A DNA stretch of 64,000 nucleotides. Source: Promethearchaeota archaeon. Its GTDB lineage: Archaea; Asgardarchaeota; Lokiarchaeia; Sigyniarchaeales; SOKP01. Below are positions 59,434 through 64,000 of this stretch, piece after piece (within the stretch, counting starts at the first letter, position 1; each line of letters opens with the position of its first letter). The stretch is taken from NCBI GenBank assembly GCA_048940925.1, contig JBHLOC010000023.1, positions 1 to 64,000 on the forward strand, written 5' to 3'. The notes beneath the pieces are model-generated. The model was not told where the DNA came from. It did not search any database and was given only the letters and a program-made list of their open reading frames with translations. A program made the position numbers and the translations under genes.

Positions 59434-60045
59434 TTATCTTTCTTCCAATTTTGAAAGTAAGGTAAGTTCTCCTATTTTATGAAATATTAGTTTAACATTA
59501 TCTCCCGTTAATGCTGAGGTTTCGAAAAAAGGAGCGTTCAATTTCTGGCTAAGGTGTTCAGCCATTGGTAATATTATTTTTCTCTCGTCTTTTAAATCTA
59601 TTTTATTGCCGACTAAGATTTTTGGAATACCTGAAAGTCCATATTTAACAGCTGTATTCCACCAATTATTTATATTCGAGAATGAACTAGACCTTGTAAT
59701 ATCATAAACTAACATCATCCCATCAGCTCCGTTAAAATATGGACGATGAAGCATGTAGAATTGCGGATAGACGCAATAGAGGAGAGCTCAATTACTTTGT
59801 CCAGCAATATCCCATACCATAAGAGTTATGTCCATATCTTTTCCCATATCGTTCTTTACTGTTACTTTCTCCTTGGTAATGTTAACTCCAACTGTCGGAA
59901 TATATTCATATTCAAACTTTTCAGCACAGAAAGTCTTCAGAAGACTCGTCTTACCCACAGCGGGATCTCCGATTACAATAATCTTGTATATCATCTCAGA
60001 GGGTTTGTGGAACACTAATTCCTCTTCTTCTTTATCTGTAGTCAT
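59434..60045 (-). CDS. Rab-like small GTPase in two exons (60045..59797 and 59766..59434; 193 aa after splicing)
   Basis: G1 GDPAVGKT, G2 YIPTVG and G3 WDIAGQ in exon 1; PQFYMLHRPYFNGADG, G4 NKID and G5 ETSA in exon 2; same frame, separated by 30 nt. Confidence 0.85.
59767..59796 (-). other. Candidate bulge-helix-bulge mRNA intron (30 nt, contains in-frame UGA)
   Basis: AGUAAUUGAGCUCUCCUCUAUUGCGUCUAU. Central helix GGAC/GUCU, bulges AA|A and AU|C, intron stem GUAAU/AUUGC plus GAG/CUC, exon stem AUUGC/GCAAU. Confidence 0.75.
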
Positions 60046-60330
60046 GGTATATTAGATAATTTTAGATTTTTTAATTAATTAATTAATGAAGTTCCAATAT
60101 AAAAATTTTAATTGTTTTTAATAAGAAGTATAAAAATAAAATAAAAAGAAGATTATTCCATTTCAAAAACACTAATTTATTTCTTCCATCTAAAAATATT
60201 TTTTAAATTTAATTTAAAAGTCAAACTCTATAAGATAGCTTAGAGCTCATTTCGTTAATCAAGAGAAAGTTTATCAATTGCATAATTTTATTTTATTTAA
60301 TTGAATATAACTCCTTTTAATTGACATAAA

Positions 60331-60936
60331 TTGATTAAAAACATTATCTTTGACTTAGGTAACGTTTTATTGAATTTTAAACCAGAAGAATTCCTGTTAA
60401 GATACACCCAAGATGGTAAACTTATTAAAAAATTTATTTCTAAAGTGATTAGAAGTCGAATTTGGTTGAAATTAGATCGTGGTACACTTTCGGTGCAGAA
60501 GGCCAGAGAAGAGTTCCTTTCACGGTTTCCTGAAGATAGTCATTTAATAATTTCATATTTTGATCATTGGATGGAGATGCTGACACCTATACAGAATAAT
60601 GTACGAATTTTAAGGGATTTAAAGATGAAAGGTTATAAACTGTATATTTTATCTAATTTTATTGAAGAAGCTTTCAATTATGTATGTAATAAATATGATT
60701 TCTTTTCTCTTTTTGATGGTGGAATAATTTCATGTAGAATTCATATAATTAAACCCGAGATTGAGATATTTAAAAAAATTATAGAAAAATTCAATCTTGA
60801 TCCTGAAGAATGCCTTTTTATAGATGATGTAGCAACTTTTTTGTTTAAAGCGAGAAAGTTTAAGATTAAAACTATTCAATATCTCCCATATACAGATTTA
60901 CGCGAAGAGTTACGAAATCTGAATATTGATGTTTAA
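60331..60936 (+). CDS. HAD-family phosphatase
   Basis: IIFDLGNVL, LSN, KPE, FIDD. Confidence 0.9.
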   Translation: MIKNIIFDLGNVLLNFKPEEFLLRYTQDGKLIKKFISKVIRSRIWLKLDRGTLSVQKAREEFLSRFPEDSHLIISYFDHWMEMLTPIQNNVRILRDLKMKGYKLYILSNFIEEAFNYVCNKYDFFSLFDGGIISCRIHIIKPEIEIFKKIIEKFNLDPEECLFIDDVATFLFKARKFKIKTIQYLPYTDLREELRNLNIDV

Positions 60937-60959
60937 ATGCTGTGATTATGGAATTTTTC

Positions 60960-61502
60960 TTAGCCATTCAGCTTCATTTGTTTTGAAATTTTAAATTTTG
61001 ATGCTTTGTTGTCTTCTCGGGATATAAAATAAATAGTATTTAGAGAGAATGTGATTTCCTCCCAATTTTTCTGTAATTTGTTTATCAATTTATTTAATTT
61101 GTCTTTCCCCATAATCTGTCCAACGCTTAAATGAGGTCTAAATCCCTTTTTGAATTTATTTACATCATTACAATCAGGTACAATATTTAGAATTTTTGCC
61201 TGTAAAGTTATGATAGATTCAATTGGTTCAGGATCAAGCCATAAAGTAAATCTTTGTCTTCCATGACCAAAGTAATCAAATTTTCTTAAAGAAATCTTAA
61301 ATTGTTTAATAGGTTCGCATATTTCTGAAAAAATCCTCTCCAGTTTCGAATATTCATTTTCAGGCGTAAATGGGTATAATAGCGTTATATGTGGCATCCA
61401 TCTATTGATTTGACGATCATATAGTTTGCGAATCTTTTGAATTGGTGCCCACTTTTCTATAGGAGGGATTATAACTACAGCAGAGTTATAGGATTTATTC
61501 AT
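60960..61502 (-). CDS. 2H phosphoesterase / 2'-5' RNA ligase family
   Basis: Two HxT/S motifs: PHITL and PHLSV. Confidence 0.88.
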   Translation of the reverse strand: MNKSYNSAVVIIPPIEKWAPIQKIRKLYDRQINRWMPHITLLYPFTPENEYSKLERIFSEICEPIKQFKISLRKFDYFGHGRQRFTLWLDPEPIESIITLQAKILNIVPDCNDVNKFKKGFRPHLSVGQIMGKDKLNKLINKLQKNWEEITFSLNTIYFISREDNKASKFKISKQMKLNG

Positions 61503-61524
61503 ATCATTTAATAATTTATCTTTT

Positions 61525-62646
61525 TCAAATTCTATTACTATTTAACTCATTATAGCTATTATTTCTTTTCTCAATAAGTTTTGCAAAGCCTGAACTTAAC
61601 CTAGCTATTTGAACTTTTAAAGACGCCTTACTCCCCCATTTCTTATATACTTCTCTTAATGTAAGCTGAAAACCAATTATGACAATAATAATAACAAAAA
61701 AATAATAGAAAGGATTAATTTGATTCCTAAAAAGAAAATATAAAATGTTATGAGACAAATAGATAGTTAGCGAATAATAAGAGAAATAAAATGTAAATTT
61801 ATAGCTTTTTTTCGTCTCAAAAAGGTTAAATTCTTCAACGGATACCAAAAATGTTACAATAAGCAAATTAAATCCTAATGCAAAAATGATCAATGGAAAA
61901 GGTTGATCTATCAAAATAAGTGGATAAAATGGAAAAAAGTGAAGGCCAATGAGAATGAATCCTAATATTGATGAGGGAACTAAAAACTTATTCTTAAAAG
62001 CAATTCTTCTATCTTGTTGATTATTTATAATAAAAATATCAAAAATTATGTTTCCTACAACGGTTCCAAATAAGAAAAAAGGGAAATATACTAAAATTGG
62101 ATCAAAATCTAAAGAGTTATATAATATATGGAATAACCCTCCATATAAGTTAAATTGTCCTTTATAGGGTAAAAGAAATGCTAAGATAAAGTGATTTATT
62201 ATCCAAATGCCTATTGCAATAAAAATTCTAAAAATTACTGAGCACTTTAATAACGGCCATGCCATAAAAAGTGAAACTGAAATTGATAATAACATGTACC
62301 ATGTCCAAATCCAGGAAATATTGTTCAGCCTTATGACAGTAAAAGAATTATAGATAATTGCAATAATAAAAATTGAGGATGCTCGAAATAGATATTCATT
62401 TCTCATCATGTGAAAATTGTAATTTTCATCAGTACTTACTTCTTGGATTTTGTTCTTATACCATAGAAAAGTGCTTATACCTGAGACGAATAGAAAACTA
62501 GGGGCAAATATTTTAGCTAAAAATAGATTAATTTCATATAAAAGCCAAGAGTTATAATCTACTACCCACCAGTCATATAAATGAATCCAAAGCATTATAA
62601 GAATTATAAATCCTCGAAATGCATCTATGCTTTTTAGTCTCTTCAA
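61525..62646 (-). CDS. Heparan-alpha-glucosaminide N-acetyltransferase-like (DUF1624) membrane acyltransferase
   Basis: RLKSIDAFRGFIILIMLWIH, FLFVSGIS, SLTIYLSH; multi-TM. Confidence 0.8.
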   Translation of the reverse strand: MKRLKSIDAFRGFIILIMLWIHLYDWWVVDYNSWLLYEINLFLAKIFAPSFLFVSGISTFLWYKNKIQEVSTDENYNFHMMRNEYLFRASSIFIIAIIYNSFTVIRLNNISWIWTWYMLLSISVSLFMAWPLLKCSVIFRIFIAIGIWIINHFILAFLLPYKGQFNLYGGLFHILYNSLDFDPILVYFPFFLFGTVVGNIIFDIFIINNQQDRRIAFKNKFLVPSSILGFILIGLHFFPFYPLILIDQPFPLIIFALGFNLLIVTFLVSVEEFNLFETKKSYKFTFYFSYYSLTIYLSHNILYFLFRNQINPFYYFFVIIIVIIGFQLTLREVYKKWGSKASLKVQIARLSSGFAKLIEKRNNSYNELNSNRI

Positions 62647-62782
62647 ATAATATACCTATAATCATAAAAAGAAAGTTAATTTTGCTTTCTAGTATGATAT
62701 TTTTAAAGAATTAAAAGGTTTTTAATACCAAAATCCATAAAATTAATTTATAAAATTATATAAATTTATTAGGGTAAATTCT

Positions 62783-64000
62783 ATGTCTAAAGAATTTGAA
62801 AAAAATTTAGAAAAATATGCTGAACTAATTGTAAAAGTAGGTCTTAATTTACAACCTGGTCAGTACTTGTTGATCGGTGCTCCCGGACCTCCCCTTTATG
62901 GTACTCCTATTGAACTAGCACCTTTAATACGATTGATTGCAGTTAAAGCTTATCAAATTGGTGCGAAGTTTGTTGATGTTATGTGGGAAGATGATCAATT
63001 ACATCATATTCGATTTCAGTATGCCAGCAACGATTCCTTCGAAGAGTTTCCGAGCTGGCGGGCTGATCAGGCAATTAAAATTGCAAAAGCAGGTGATGCA
63101 ATCATAATGATAGCTTCTGAGAATCCCGATTTACTAAATGGACATAATATGAAAAGAACTAGTAAATTCTTGGATACTTGTTGGAAGTATTATAAACCTT
63201 TAATGGACCTGCGGCATAAAAAAGCGATGAATTGTACCCTTATTACTCCAACGCTCGAATCATGGGCTGAAAAAGTTTTACCTGATATTCCTCAAACCAA
63301 GAGAAAAGGAAAATTATGGGATATCATCTTTGATTTATGTCGTGTGAAACAAGATGATCCAGTTACAGCATGGAGGGATCATGTTAATCAACTCATCGCT
63401 AGGGCTAATTATTTAAATAATAAACAGTATTATTCATTAAGATTTGTAGCTCCTGGAACTGATCTGACAATAGGTTTACCTATGGGGCATTTATGGCAAA
63501 GTGCTCATATGACTAGTCAGAAGGGGATCAATTTCCTTGCTAATTTCCCATCTGAAGAAATATTTACAATTCCCCATAAAGATAAAGTGGATGGCATTGT
63601 TAGAGCAACTAAACCTCGGTTTGCAGAAGTAATGATTGAGGATTTTAACTTAACTTTCTCTGAGGGTAAGGTTATTAAAGCAACTGCTAAGAAAGGTGAA
63701 GAAATTTTGCTTGATAAACTCAAAAAAGATGTGGGTGCAAGTCGATTAGGTGAAGTTGCACTTGTTCCTCATAGTTCGCCTATTTCACAATCAGGTTTGA
63801 TTTTTTATAATGTAATTCTTGACGAAAATGCCTCATGTCATCTTGCTCTTGGTCAATGTTTAAGATTATGTATGAAAGAGGGTGAAAAGATGTCTGATGA
63901 TGAACTATTGGCTGCAGGGGGCAATATTAGTGGAATTCATTTAGATTTTATGATTGGATCAGGTGAATTGAATGTTGATGGCATATTTGAAGATGGAAGA
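62783..64000 (+). CDS. M29 (AmpS/AmpT/PepS) aminopeptidase, runs off window
   Basis: Read manually (absent from the ORF track): MSKEFEKNLEKYAELIVKVGLNLQPGQ, ANFPSEEIFT, LGEVALV, DENASCHLALG, IHLDFMIGS. Confidence 0.88.
   Translation, partial: MSKEFEKNLEKYAELIVKVGLNLQPGQYLLIGAPGPPLYGTPIELAPLIRLIAVKAYQIGAKFVDVMWEDDQLHHIRFQYASNDSFEEFPSWRADQAIKIAKAGDAIIMIASENPDLLNGHNMKRTSKFLDTCWKYYKPLMDLRHKKAMNCTLITPTLESWAEKVLPDIPQTKRKGKLWDIIFDLCRVKQDDPVTAWRDHVNQLIARANYLNNKQYYSLRFVAPGTDLTIGLPMGHLWQSAHMTSQKGINFLANFPSEEIFTIPHKDKVDGIVRATKPRFAEVMIEDFNLTFSEGKVIKATAKKGEEILLDKLKKDVGASRLGEVALVPHSSPISQSGLIFYNVILDENASCHLALGQCLRLCMKEGEKMSDDELLAAGGNISGIHLDFMIGSGELNVDGIFEDGR

Noticed and set aside
59788-59790. In-frame UGA in the Rab-like gene read as selenocysteine or by readthrough
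   Set aside because: It would leave a 10-aa insertion inside switch II. I see no SECIS-like element in the 24-nt convergent spacer downstream, and BHB geometry explains the exact boundaries.
59434-60045. Two separate small genes, or a simple pseudogene
   Set aside because: Neither half is a complete G domain. Both halves keep every motif intact, and a structured 30-nt in-frame insert is not a typical sequencing error. A pseudogene is not fully excluded without RNA data.
62876-62910. In-frame 24-nt intron explaining the extra GPPLYGTP loop in the M29 peptidase
   Set aside because: The registers I tried give no central-helix pairing and there is no stop codon; more likely a subfamily loop.
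204-63723. Short antisense or nested ORFs in the track (e.g. 204..509, 7691..8173, 24155..24739, 29168..29524, 49858..50199, 59746..60018, 63517..63723)
   Set aside because: They lie inside or opposite well-supported genes and have no motifs; shadow ORFs.
1-64000. tRNA, rRNA, CRISPR array, transposase, integrase or prophage
   Set aside because: No cloverleaf, rRNA-like GC-rich block, repeat-spacer array or mobile-element protein motif was seen by eye.

Overview
AT-rich archaeal chromosome window, most likely from an Asgard archaeon (Lokiarchaeia-like). This is inferred from longin, uDENN, V4R and small-GTPase eukaryotic signature proteins, GGTGA/GGAGG ribosome-binding sites and frequent TTG starts. 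It holds about 50 genes: metabolism (beta-oxidation, nadB, aroA', phosphohexomutase), peptidases, MFS and ABC transporters, large membrane-anchored surface proteins and several trafficking-like proteins. I found no rRNA, tRNA, CRISPR array or mobile element. The top finding is a Rab-like small GTPase gene (60045..59434, minus strand) interrupted right after its WDIAGQ (G3) motif by a 30-nt, stop-containing insertion (59767..59796). The insertion folds with its flanks into a bulge-helix-bulge whose predicted cut sites exactly restore WDIAGQ|PQFYML, so it is a candidate tRNA-endonuclease-type intron in an Asgard protein-coding mRNA. Other notable items: a folliculin/SMCR8-like uDENN domain with the 'ARG' arginine-finger motif fused to a degenerate GTPase; tandem MFS-longin fusions flanked by two LMW phosphatases; a four-copy surface-protein module whose two genes share a palindromic upstream motif; an unnamed C-terminal helical domain shared by two distant genes; and probable ATT start codons.
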